DNA of 64,000 bases, from positions 1,743 to 65,742 of the forward strand of contig CAYSIG010000032.1 of NCBI GenBank assembly GCA_964430995.1, written 5' to 3'. Positions 18,591 through 28,516 of the stretch are shown one piece after another. The stretch is from an uncultured Flavipsychrobacter sp. (GTDB taxonomy: Bacteria; Bacteroidota; Bacteroidia; Chitinophagales; Chitinophagaceae). Under the pieces are notes generated by a model. It was not told the DNA's origin. It saw nothing but the letters and a program-made list of their open reading frames with translations, and ran no database searches. Made by a program: the position numbers and the translations under genes. The first letter of the stretch is position 1. Every line of letters begins with the position of its first letter.

Positions 18591-19730
18591 ATGGCAAACG
18601 AAAAAGAAATGATGAAAGCAGTAAAACTTACACTTTTGTTAGTGGGGTCTGCCATGTATGCGCAAGCACAGATGCAGGCAATGGAAAGCAACAGCCTTGA
18701 AAAAAGTGACGTGCAGAAGGAAAGCCTGAGGGGAAAAGTAAAATCTATAGCGGTGACGGGCTTTACCGTGGTAAGAAAAGAGGGTAAACTGAAAAAAGGA
18801 AGGGAAATACATACATCGACAAGCAGATTTAACGACAGGGGCAACCTGCTGGAATATACATCGACCGAAGGAGATGATACAGTACAGGACCACCATATCC
18901 ACTTTAAGGCCGTAAAAAATACCTATAAATATGACGAGAACGGCATACTGGTAAGCAATAACCGCTACAACGGCAACGGTATGCTGGAAGACTCGGCATC
19001 GTATAAGGTGGACAGCAGGGGCAACCGGATAGACTGGAACACCTACAAGGGCGATGGCACCCTGGAATGGAATTACAACAGGGAATATGACAACCAGGGC
19101 AACCTGCTGGAATCGAGCGAATACTACAGGGGCAAGCTGAAAAACCGCCATTCGTATAAATATGACGACAAACTGAACATAATAGAAGAGAACTTTTATG
19201 ATGGTGAGGGAAGACTGAAGCTGAAGGAAGTGTTCACCTATGACGACAAAAAGAATATAATTGAAGTGGTAGATTACAACCATAACGGCAACTTCCAGTC
19301 GCGCTACACTTATAAGTTTGACGAGCGTGGCAACCAGATAGAAGAGCGGGCTTATGACCATGAAAAGTCGAGCAAGTATAAGCTGCTGCTGACGAAGTAT
19401 GACAGCGAGAACAACCCTATAGAAGTGAACCAGTATAGTGAGAATGGTAAACTGGTGTACCAATGCAAGCTGGACAAACGTGGCAATCATACGCTTGATG
19501 TTACTTATGATAAGAACGGTAAGCTGATAGAGAAGATAACGCAGAAATACGTGTATGACGAGAAGGGCAATGAGATAGAGAACATAAGGTATGACGCAAA
19601 AGGCAAGCCCACTGTAAAGAACAAATACATCTACTCATATGATACGGAGAAGAACTGGTTCATTAAGTTCTGCTATGAGAATGATAAGGCTACCCGTATC
19701 ACTGAACGCCTGATAGATTATTACGAATAA
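18591..19730 (+). CDS. Secreted YD/RHS-repeat-like protein
   Basis: Signal peptide, LRGKVKSI motif, about 10 Y-x-Y-D-x-x-G-N repeats. Likely start at 18591 or 18610. Confidence 0.8.
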   Translation: MANEKEMMKAVKLTLLLVGSAMYAQAQMQAMESNSLEKSDVQKESLRGKVKSIAVTGFTVVRKEGKLKKGREIHTSTSRFNDRGNLLEYTSTEGDDTVQDHHIHFKAVKNTYKYDENGILVSNNRYNGNGMLEDSASYKVDSRGNRIDWNTYKGDGTLEWNYNREYDNQGNLLESSEYYRGKLKNRHSYKYDDKLNIIEENFYDGEGRLKLKEVFTYDDKKNIIEVVDYNHNGNFQSRYTYKFDERGNQIEERAYDHEKSSKYKLLLTKYDSENNPIEVNQYSENGKLVYQCKLDKRGNHTLDVTYDKNGKLIEKITQKYVYDEKGNEIENIRYDAKGKPTVKNKYIYSYDTEKNWFIKFCYENDKATRITERLIDYYE

Positions 19731-19746
19731 GAGAACATATCCCGCA

Positions 19747-20112
19747 TTGATCAAGATAAGCAGTACCGTTGTTTTGTTGCTTTTGTGTACGGCTGTGTCG
19801 TATGCCCAGCCACGGTTCTCGCCGGAGGTACGGGCCGAAAATGAAGCCCGGTGGATGCGCGACAGCCTTAAACTGCCCGCAGCCAAAGTAAAGAAGGCCG
19901 GCAGCATATCGCTTATCTATAACCGGCGGATGGACAGCGTGAATGGTCTGCAGCAGGACGACAAAGAAAAAATGAAACAGGAACTGATGCGCAAAAAAGA
20001 CGCAGATATAAAACGGCTGCTGACAAAACTGCAATACCAAAAATATTACCGGAGAGAAACATCGCTGCGCCATGCAGATACAGTAAGATACCGGGGCAGG
20101 CAACCCTACTAA
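19747..20112 (+). CDS. Hypothetical periplasmic helical protein
   Basis: Signal peptide; SPEVRAENEARWMRDSLKL...IKRLLTKLQYQKY pattern typical of Bacteroidota DUF4890-like proteins. Confidence 0.65.
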   Translation: MIKISSTVVLLLLCTAVSYAQPRFSPEVRAENEARWMRDSLKLPAAKVKKAGSISLIYNRRMDSVNGLQQDDKEKMKQELMRKKDADIKRLLTKLQYQKYYRRETSLRHADTVRYRGRQPY

Positions 20113-20122
20113 GTGAAGATGA

Positions 20123-21163
20123 TTAATAGCAGCCTCCGCTCTTTATTGATTCTCTGACCTTAGCCTCCCACGCAGTTTCTTTATCCCTGATTATGCCGTG
20201 ATTTGTCTGTTCATCGAAGGTGGCCTGTTGCTGGTTGGCATTTTCTGTGTTTGCCCGCATCATATCCTCAAGCTGTTTTTCGTAGGTATCTTTATTAAAG
20301 GTAGTGCGGCTTATGAGCCCGGCAAGCTCGCAGGCATGGGCGGCGGTAATATCAAAATGTGCCTGCTCATGAGCCAGAACAGCCTGTGGATTCTGGCCAC
20401 CTTGCTTGAACCAGGAATTTGTTTTGCTGAAGTAAGGCGTAAGCGTGACGGTAAGCACTATCTGCCCGTCGATAACTTCGCCGGTAGATTCATAACCTAC
20501 ACCGCTGGCAGTAGCAGCGAGCTCGATACCGTTATCGCGGGGCGGCCCCTGAAAGTCGGCAATAACCAGCGGACGGGCAGTGGAGTAAACTATATAATCA
20601 GCCCTGTTTGATGTACGGCCCACTTTGGCAATCACCTTCACCGTAGCCGCGGTGGCTACCCTACCCTTATTTTTTCCCCACCAGGTATCAAAGCGTTTGA
20701 GGTCGCTCTCGATTGAAAGCTTGATAAACTCATCTACGTATTCCAGCGGGTCTCCAGCGGTTTCCTTCTGACCCTTGCCGCTCAACTCTACCAGCATTTT
20801 ATCCTCGATGTAAAAAGCCAGGGCCATCTCGGCATTTGCCATCCAGCCGGCGCCCTGTTTTCTGAAATCGAAGTTGAGTTTGGTGATATGAACAATAACA
20901 GGCTGGGTGGTTTTATCCTGCGATACCTGCATTGAGATAAAACCCTTTAATGCACTTGCTGCCCCACCCTGCAGGTCCAGTTTATCGCGCCCCATGCGGC
21001 CTATCGTGGCCTTGTCGGGACGATCATCGACTATACCCGCAATATGGTAATGGGCGGGGGCATAGGTTATGCGCTCCTGTTTAAGGGATAAGGTTTTGGG
21101 GGGCTGCGCGGTTGCCGTTAATGTAACAGCAAACACAACAAGCACTAAGAGGGTCTTTCGCAT
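20123..21163 (-). CDS. Exported protein with C-terminal DUF922-like zincin domain
   Basis: Signal peptide; LVIADFQGPP...LAHEQAHFDIT HExxH motif...QQATFDEQTNHG. Confidence 0.7.
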   Translation of the reverse strand: MRKTLLVLVVFAVTLTATAQPPKTLSLKQERITYAPAHYHIAGIVDDRPDKATIGRMGRDKLDLQGGAASALKGFISMQVSQDKTTQPVIVHITKLNFDFRKQGAGWMANAEMALAFYIEDKMLVELSGKGQKETAGDPLEYVDEFIKLSIESDLKRFDTWWGKNKGRVATAATVKVIAKVGRTSNRADYIVYSTARPLVIADFQGPPRDNGIELAATASGVGYESTGEVIDGQIVLTVTLTPYFSKTNSWFKQGGQNPQAVLAHEQAHFDITAAHACELAGLISRTTFNKDTYEKQLEDMMRANTENANQQQATFDEQTNHGIIRDKETAWEAKVRESIKSGGCY

Positions 21164-21256
21164 AGCCGGGATTTACTGTTGTAAAGATAAGAGACTTAAC
21201 CATTGAAAATATTAGCTGCAACTATCTTAACTTTATGTTGAAAATAAGCAGAAATA

Positions 21257-22432
21257 ATGCAGACAGCATATATAATAGGCGGATACCGGACGGCAGTAGC
21301 AAAATCGAAAAAAGGCGGGTTGAGGTTTTACAGGCCCGACGACCTGGCGGTGGAGGTGATACGTGGATTGCTGGCGAGTATGCCGCAACTGGACCCTAAA
21401 CTGGTGGACGACGTGATAGTGGGCAATGCCGTGCCGGAAGCAGAGCAAGGGCTGCAGGTGGGCCGCATAATAGCCAACAGGGCCATAGGCGAATGGGCGG
21501 CGGGGCTTACCATAAACCGGTATTGCGGCTCGGGGTTGGAAGCTATAGCCATGGCGACCGCCAAAATACAAAACGGCATGGCGGACTGCATTATAGCCGG
21601 GGGGACGGAGAGCATGAGCCTTGTGCCCACCGCAGGCTGGCGCACGATGCCCAACTACGAATACGCAAAAGAAAATGGCGACTACTACCTGAGCATGGGA
21701 CTGACGGCAGAGCAGGTGGCGCAAGATTATAAGATAAGCCGCGAGGCGCAGGACGAGTTCTCGCTGCGCTCTCACCAGAAGGCGCTGAATGCTATAAAGG
21801 AAGGATACTTTAAAGAAGGGATACTGCCAATAAAGGTGAAGGAAGTATACCTGGATGAACGGAATAAAAAGGCAGAACGCGAATATATAGTGGATACAGA
21901 TGAGGGGCCGAGGGCGGATACTACATTGGCTGCACTGGCAAAGCTGCCTGCGGTATTTGTGCAGGGCGGCAGCGTGACTGCGGGCAACTCTTCGCAAACA
22001 TCGGATGGGGCGGCATTTACCGTGGTGATGAGCGAAAGGCTGATGAAACAACTGGGACTGAACCCGATAGGCCGATTAGTGAACTGCGCCAGTGCCGGCG
22101 TGGACCCGCGCATAATGGGCATAGGGCCGATAAAGGCAGTACCTAAAGTGCTAAAGCAGGCGGGCATGACACTGAATGATATAGACCTGGTGGAGCTGAA
22201 CGAGGCATTTGCATCGCAATCGCTGGCGGTGATAGGGGAACTTGGCATGAACCCAGATATAGTGAACATAAATGGCGGCGCCATATCGCTGGGGCACCCG
22301 CTGGGCTGCACGGGGGCCAAACTGACGATACAAATACTCAGCGACCTGAAACGGCTGAATAAGCGTTATGGAATAGTAACGGCTTGTATAGGCGGCGGAC
22401 AGGGACTAGCGGGGGTGATAGAACGTTTATAA
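21257..22432 (+). CDS. Acetyl-CoA C-acyltransferase (thiolase)
   Basis: INRYCGSGLEA active-site Cys, TAGNSSQTSDGAA, ELNEAFA, NINGGAISLGHPLGCTG, TACIGGGQG. Confidence 0.95.
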   Translation: MQTAYIIGGYRTAVAKSKKGGLRFYRPDDLAVEVIRGLLASMPQLDPKLVDDVIVGNAVPEAEQGLQVGRIIANRAIGEWAAGLTINRYCGSGLEAIAMATAKIQNGMADCIIAGGTESMSLVPTAGWRTMPNYEYAKENGDYYLSMGLTAEQVAQDYKISREAQDEFSLRSHQKALNAIKEGYFKEGILPIKVKEVYLDERNKKAEREYIVDTDEGPRADTTLAALAKLPAVFVQGGSVTAGNSSQTSDGAAFTVVMSERLMKQLGLNPIGRLVNCASAGVDPRIMGIGPIKAVPKVLKQAGMTLNDIDLVELNEAFASQSLAVIGELGMNPDIVNINGGAISLGHPLGCTGAKLTIQILSDLKRLNKRYGIVTACIGGGQGLAGVIERL

Positions 22433-22587
22433 CCCTAACCCCTCTAAAGGGGCTTACCCATCGTGAGTATCATATTTTATGACACCGATGTCATATGGTA
22501 TTTTTATTATACCCCAAAAGTTACCCCTACAATATTTCATCATTTCCTTATCCGGCACTTATCTTTACCCCATACAATCAATATTTC

Positions 22588-25500
22588 ATGCGGATTAATC
22601 AAGTAGTTACCGGGTTACTTTTATTGGCTATACCCTGTGTGTCTTTTGCCAAAGATGAAAAGAAAAAAGAAGATAAAAAGAAATGGGATGTGAATAATCC
22701 CGGAGGGCCGGGCAAGGATGTGACCTTTACCACCAATGAGGGCACATGGATAAACCTGGACGTATCGCCAGATGGGAAGGAAATAGTGTTCGATATACTG
22801 GGGGATATTTATATAATGTCCGCTACCGGCGGTGAAGCAAAAGCGCTACGCCAGGGCCTGGCCATGGAGGTGCAGCCACGTTTCAGCCCGGATGGGAAAC
22901 GGATACTCTTTACATCGGATGCGGGTGGCGGCGACAATAGCTGGGTAATGAACCGGGATGGCAGCAATGCACGCCAGATAACGAAGGAGACCTTCAGGCT
23001 GCTGAATAACCCTGTGTGGGTGGATGGCAACTACATCATAGCACGCAAGCATTTCACCTCTACCCGCTCGGCGGGAGCGGGCGAGCTGTGGATGTACCAT
23101 ATAAACGGTGGAAATGGCCTGCAACTGACCCCGAAGAAAAATGACCAGCAGGACCTGAATGAACCATCGGTATCGGCAGACGGGCGGTATGTGTATTATA
23201 GTGAGGATATGTACCCCGGCGGGTTTTTCCAGTATAACAAAGACCCCAATAACCAGATATTCGTTATCAAGCGTTTTGACCGGGAGAAAGGCGGCATAGA
23301 AACCGTGACCGGGGGACCGGGCGGGGCAATAAGGCCGCAGATAGCGCACAGCGGCAAATTGCTGGCATTTGTGAAGCGGGTGCGCACGAAGACCGTACTT
23401 TACCTGCGCGATGTGGAAACAGGCGAAGAATGGCCTATCTACGACAAGCTATGCAAAGATCAGGCAGAAGCATGGACGATATTCGGGTCGTATACGGGAT
23501 TTGCATGGACTCCTGACGACAAAAACATAGTGATATGGGCAGGTGGTAAAATAATGAAGGTAGATGTGAAGGGTGAAAACAGCGCAACAGAAATACCCTT
23601 TACCTGCACTGTGAAACAACACCTGACCGATGCGGTGCGTTTTAAACAAGACCTTAACCCCGACCAGTTCAATGTGCAGGTAATCAGACACGCTGTTACT
23701 TCGCCTGATGGAAAGTGGCTGGTGTTCAACGCGCTGGGGCATATTTACAAAAAAGCCCTGCCCGATGGCAAACCCGAACGCATAACACAGAACAAAGACA
23801 TGGAATTTGAACCCGCCTTTTCGCCTGACGGCAGTACCATTGTATTTGTAACCTGGAATGACGAGACCAAAGGAGGCATAGCCATGGCCGGAACAGGCAG
23901 CAATTCATCGCTTTCGCGCATCACATCGAACAGGGGCATTTACCGTGCGCCGTCGTTCTCGCCGGATGGTAAGTGGCTGACTTACTACAAAGAAGATAAT
24001 GACAATGTGCTGGGCAACTCCTATACCGTAAAACCCGGCATCTACATAATGCCGGTGAGTGGCGGTAAAGAGGAATTTGTGACCGACAAGGGCGAATTCC
24101 CAAAATTTGACAAGACCGGAAAGCGCATCTATTACCAGGTGGGCGGCAACCTGTTCGGCGCACTGGATAAGTCGTTCCATAGCTGCAAAACGGATGGCAG
24201 CGATGACCGTACACTCTTTAAAGGGAAATACACCAGCCAGTACACGATTTCGCCCGACGGAGACTGGGTGGCATTTGTGGACCTGCACTCGGTATATGTA
24301 GCACCTTTTGCGCACACCGGAAAGGAAATAAACCTAAGCAGCGACTCTACCGACTTCCCGGTGAGGAAAGTATCGCAAGACGCAGGCATAAACCTCCACT
24401 GGAGCAGCGACAACAAACAACTGCACTACACACTGGGCGACCAATACTATACCATAAACCTCGATGAGCGGTTTGGGTTTATCAACGGCAAACCTGATTC
24501 GGCATTTAAAATACCTGACCATGGCATTGCTGTGGGGCTGACAGCAAATACTGATAAACCTAAAGGAACGATAGCCCTTACCAATGCACGCATCATAACC
24601 ATGAATGGCGATGAAGTGATAGAAAACGGAACGGTAATAGTGGAGGACAACCTGATAAAAGCGGTGGGAAAAGAGGGCGATGTAAAGGTGCCCCAAACAT
24701 CAAGGGTAATAGACTGCAAAGGCAAGACCATTATGCCGGGCTTTATTGACGCACACGCACACGGTAACCACTTCAGGAGCGGGCTTACCCCTAACCAGCA
24801 CTGGCCCTACTATACAAACCTTGCCTATGGCGTAACAACGATGCACGACCCATCGGCCAACAGCGAAATGGTATTTGCGCAGAGCGAAATGGTGAAGGCA
24901 GGGATAATGACCGGCCCAAGAGTTTTTTCTACGGGCACTATACTGTACGGAGCAGATGGCGATTTTAAAGCGGTAGTGAACTCGCTGGAAGACGCAAAGA
25001 GCGCGCTGCGCCGCAGCAAGTCTTATGGGGCATTCAGCGTAAAGAGCTATAACCAGCCCCGCCGCGACCAGCGACAGATGATAATAGAAGCCGCACGAGA
25101 ACTAAAAATGGAAGTGGTGCCGGAAGGAGGATCGCACTACCTGCACAATATGAGTATGGTAATGGACGGACATACCACCGTGGAACACAATATACCGGTA
25201 GCGCCATTATACAACGATGTGATACAACTATGGAAAAACTCACAAACGGCTAACACCCCTACCCTGATAGTATGCTACGGTGCGCAAAGCGGTGAGAACT
25301 ACTGGTACCAGCATACGAATGTGTGGGAAAATGAAAAGCTGTTGAAATATACCCCACGGGCAGTGATAGACCCGCGCAGCCGTCACCGTACCATGTCGCC
25401 GGAAGAAGAATATGAGAATGGGCATATGCTGGTATCCAGGAGCCTGAAGAAACTAAGTGATGCAGGCGTAAAAATAAACATGGGCGCACATGGCCAAATA

Positions 25501-25857
25501 CAAGGCATAGGCGCACACTGGGAAATATGGATGATGGCGCAGGGCGGCATGACCCCTATGGAGGCATTACGTACGGCCACCATAAACCCCGCCATAAGCC
25601 TGGGATTAGACAACTGGATAGGCTCCCTGCAACCGGGCAAACTGGCCGACCTGCTGATAATGGACAAAAACCCGCTTGAGAATATATATAATACTGAGAG
25701 CGTACACTATACGATGGTGAATGGCAGACTGTATGACTGTGAAACCATGAACGAAACAGGCAACTACGACCGTAAACGCGGTAAGTTCTACTGGGAGATG
25801 GGCAGGCATGGCGAAGGCTTCAACTGGCATGAGGGAACAATGGAAGTGGGAGATTAA
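22588..25857 (+). CDS. TolB-like/PD40-repeat amidohydrolase family protein
   Basis: Signal peptide from ATG 22588; many SPDG repeats; PGFIDAHAH metal-binding motif; GSLQPGKLADLLIMDKNPLENI. Confidence 0.9.
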   Translation: MRINQVVTGLLLLAIPCVSFAKDEKKKEDKKKWDVNNPGGPGKDVTFTTNEGTWINLDVSPDGKEIVFDILGDIYIMSATGGEAKALRQGLAMEVQPRFSPDGKRILFTSDAGGGDNSWVMNRDGSNARQITKETFRLLNNPVWVDGNYIIARKHFTSTRSAGAGELWMYHINGGNGLQLTPKKNDQQDLNEPSVSADGRYVYYSEDMYPGGFFQYNKDPNNQIFVIKRFDREKGGIETVTGGPGGAIRPQIAHSGKLLAFVKRVRTKTVLYLRDVETGEEWPIYDKLCKDQAEAWTIFGSYTGFAWTPDDKNIVIWAGGKIMKVDVKGENSATEIPFTCTVKQHLTDAVRFKQDLNPDQFNVQVIRHAVTSPDGKWLVFNALGHIYKKALPDGKPERITQNKDMEFEPAFSPDGSTIVFVTWNDETKGGIAMAGTGSNSSLSRITSNRGIYRAPSFSPDGKWLTYYKEDNDNVLGNSYTVKPGIYIMPVSGGKEEFVTDKGEFPKFDKTGKRIYYQVGGNLFGALDKSFHSCKTDGSDDRTLFKGKYTSQYTISPDGDWVAFVDLHSVYVAPFAHTGKEINLSSDSTDFPVRKVSQDAGINLHWSSDNKQLHYTLGDQYYTINLDERFGFINGKPDSAFKIPDHGIAVGLTANTDKPKGTIALTNARIITMNGDEVIENGTVIVEDNLIKAVGKEGDVKVPQTSRVIDCKGKTIMPGFIDAHAHGNHFRSGLTPNQHWPYYTNLAYGVTTMHDPSANSEMVFAQSEMVKAGIMTGPRVFSTGTILYGADGDFKAVVNSLEDAKSALRRSKSYGAFSVKSYNQPRRDQRQMIIEAARELKMEVVPEGGSHYLHNMSMVMDGHTTVEHNIPVAPLYNDVIQLWKNSQTANTPTLIVCYGAQSGENYWYQHTNVWENEKLLKYTPRAVIDPRSRHRTMSPEEEYENGHMLVSRSLKKLSDAGVKINMGAHGQIQGIGAHWEIWMMAQGGMTPMEALRTATINPAISLGLDNWIGSLQPGKLADLLIMDKNPLENIYNTESVHYTMVNGRLYDCETMNETGNYDRKRGKFYWEMGRHGEGFNWHEGTMEVGD

Positions 25858-25947
25858 GTGAAGATGATTAAATAAGCGGGAATTATATAAAATTGTTGTT
25901 CCTAATATTATCTTTGGAGTGTACTTCCCTGAAGTACACTCATTATA

Positions 25948-26919
25948 ATGAGAACAACACTAATAGAAATTCCAGATACCTACAGGCAACTGATCTTCCT
26001 GGTTTGCGTAATAGCGTGCACAATTTTTTTAGACCCTCCGTTTGCACTGCTTACCGGGCTGGTCATCGCGTTTGTTATAGGTAATCCGTTTATTAAGATA
26101 AATAAAAAAGCAACCACGCTGCTGCTACAGGTATCAGTAGTGTGCCTGGGGTTCAATATGAATTTTGAACATGCCATGCAGGCAGGCAAAGAAGGTTTTC
26201 TTTTCACAGTAGCTACTATAGGTGTGACCCTGCTGGCCGGCTGGCTGATAGGCAAGCAACTGAAGATAGACAAGAAAACATCGCTGCTTATTTCTAATGG
26301 CACAGCCATATGTGGCGGCAGCGCCATAGCTGCTGTAGCCCCTGTGATAAAAGCAGATAACGAGCAGATAAGCGTAAGTCTGGGCACGGTGTTCATTCTT
26401 AACTCTATTGCGCTGTTCATCTTCCCGGTGCTGGGGCATTACCTGAACCTGAACGACCAGCAGTTTGGCACGTGGTGCGCTATTGCCATACATGATACCA
26501 GCTCTGTGGTGGGTGCGGCCAGCAAATACAGCGAAGAAGCGCTGAAAATAGCCACTACCATAAAACTGGAGCGGGCCCTGTGGATCATCCCCATAACTCT
26601 TGCTACGGCTTATTTCCAGAAGAGCGCGGGCAAAGTGAAGATACCTTACTTCATTTTCTATTTTGTGATTGCCATCCTCATTTCAACTTACCTGCCCAAT
26701 TACTTACCGGCGGTAAACAATAATATAGGCGACCATACTATATTCCAGTGGGCCTATCTGTTTGGCAGAAAGGGGCTGGTGGTTACACTGTTCTTAATTG
26801 GTTCCGGCCTTTCGTTAGCCACCCTCAGGCAGGTAGGCTGGCGGCCTATTCTACAAGGTGTGCTACTTTGGATAATTATAGGCGGCACGTCGCTCTTTGT
26901 GATAAAGGGGATAGTATAA
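25948..26919 (+). CDS. YeiH-family (UPF0324) membrane transporter
   Basis: GTAICGGSAIAAVAPVI, AIHDTSSVVGA, KLERALWIIP; multiple TM segments. Confidence 0.9.
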   Translation: MRTTLIEIPDTYRQLIFLVCVIACTIFLDPPFALLTGLVIAFVIGNPFIKINKKATTLLLQVSVVCLGFNMNFEHAMQAGKEGFLFTVATIGVTLLAGWLIGKQLKIDKKTSLLISNGTAICGGSAIAAVAPVIKADNEQISVSLGTVFILNSIALFIFPVLGHYLNLNDQQFGTWCAIAIHDTSSVVGAASKYSEEALKIATTIKLERALWIIPITLATAYFQKSAGKVKIPYFIFYFVIAILISTYLPNYLPAVNNNIGDHTIFQWAYLFGRKGLVVTLFLIGSGLSLATLRQVGWRPILQGVLLWIIIGGTSLFVIKGIV

Positions 26920-26998
26920 AATACGGGAATGTGCTGGAAAGAAAAATGCGATAATGTGTAGCCACATTATCGCATCCAATCATATTCCTTCACATTAA

Positions 26999-28339
26999 TT
27001 ACCTCCGTCCCGGCATCATACCCGGCATACCCATACCCATTCCGCCGCCTTTCATTTTGTTCATCATGCCCATCATCTGCTTCATCTGGTCGAACTGCTT
27101 CATGAAAGCATTTACCTCGTTTATGTCCTTGCCGCTACCATTAGCTATGCGCTTGCGGCGGCTGCCGTCTATCACATCGGGGTTTGCCCTTTCATAGGGC
27201 GTCATTGAGTTGATTATGGCCTCAATGCCTTTAAAAGCATCGTCTGAAATATCTATGTCTTTAATTGCCTTGCCCACACCGGGTATCATTGCCAGCAGGT
27301 CTTTGATGTTACCCATCTTCTTTATCTGCTGCAACTGCTCTTTAAAATCTTCGAAGTCGAATTTATTAGCGCGTATCTTTTTCTCTAATTTCTTTGCCTG
27401 TACCTCGTCAAACTGAGCCTGGGCGCGCTCTACCAGCGTAGTGATATCACCCATGCCGAGGATACGCTGGGCCATACGCTCGGGATAGAACACATCCAGC
27501 GCGTCCAGCTTTTCGCCCATGCTCACGAACTTGATGGGCTTATCAACTGTATATTTAATCGTAAGAGCGGCACCACCACGAGTATCGCCATCGAGCTTTG
27601 TGAGTACCACACCGGTAAAATCGAGACGGTCGTTGAACGCCTTGGCCGTATTCACCGCATCCTGGCCGGTCATGGAATCTACCACGAACAGTATCTCATG
27701 CGGGTTTACGGCAGCCTTTATGTTGGCCACTTCCTGCATCATCACTTCATCTATGGCCAGACGACCGGCGGTATCTATGATGACAATATTATTCCCATTT
27801 TGCTTTGCATGGGCTATCGCGTTATTGGCTATAGATACCGCGTCTTTATTTTCCAGTTCTATGTAAACCGGCACTTTTATCTGCTCGCCCAGCACACGGA
27901 GCTGCTCCATGGCCGCCGGGCGGTATATATCGGCTGCTACCAGCAATGGCTGGCGGCCTTTCTTCGATTTGAGGAAATTAGCGAGTTTACCGGAAAAAGT
28001 GGTCTTACCCGAACCCTGCAGGCCAGCGATGAGTATAACCGTGGGCTTACCTGTCAGTACCAGTTCTTCTTCCTTGCCGCCCATCAGCTCGGCCAGTTCA
28101 TCCTTCACAATCTTCACCATAAGCTGGCCGGGGCTCACCGAGGTAATTACCTTTTCGCCCATTGCCTTTTCCTTTACCCTGTCAGTAAGGTCTTTGGCTA
28201 TCTTATAGTTCACATCCGCATCCACCAGCGCGCGGCGTATCTCCTTTACCGTAGCCGCTACATTTATCTCATTTATGCGGCCTTCACCTTTCAGCTGTTT
28301 AAACGCGGACTCGAGCCGCTCACTCAGATTATCAAACAT
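26999..28339 (-). CDS. ffh: Signal recognition particle protein
   Basis: GLQGSGKTT, DIYRPAA, DTAGRL, TKLDGDTRGG, M-domain QIKKMG...SRRKRIANGSG. Confidence 0.98.
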   Translation of the reverse strand: MFDNLSERLESAFKQLKGEGRINEINVAATVKEIRRALVDADVNYKIAKDLTDRVKEKAMGEKVITSVSPGQLMVKIVKDELAELMGGKEEELVLTGKPTVILIAGLQGSGKTTFSGKLANFLKSKKGRQPLLVAADIYRPAAMEQLRVLGEQIKVPVYIELENKDAVSIANNAIAHAKQNGNNIVIIDTAGRLAIDEVMMQEVANIKAAVNPHEILFVVDSMTGQDAVNTAKAFNDRLDFTGVVLTKLDGDTRGGAALTIKYTVDKPIKFVSMGEKLDALDVFYPERMAQRILGMGDITTLVERAQAQFDEVQAKKLEKKIRANKFDFEDFKEQLQQIKKMGNIKDLLAMIPGVGKAIKDIDISDDAFKGIEAIINSMTPYERANPDVIDGSRRKRIANGSGKDINEVNAFMKQFDQMKQMMGMMNKMKGGGMGMGMPGMMPGRR

Positions 28340-28516
28340 AATTATATACCCTGTTGAGGGAGTGCGAAGTTACTTCAAAAATTAAATTCTACCATTAAAC
28401 AAACATTTCGATGCTATAAATAAAAAATAAATATAAAAATACCTCTAACATATTTAATATGGCCGACGCCTAATGTTATAGGGATAATATTAATTTACAC
28501 TTAAAACACACACCTT

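Noticed and set aside
18591-19730. YD-repeat protein as an Rhs toxin
   Set aside because: It is short, has a Sec signal, and lacks a DPxG core-end motif, a toxin tip and an obvious immunity gene; this is a common Bacteroidota secreted repeat protein.
22431-22494. CCCCTCTAAAGGGG and ATGACA-CCGA-TGTCAT palindromes after the thiolase gene
   Set aside because: They are single short dyads within the window and too weak to call an operator or REP without genome-wide counts.
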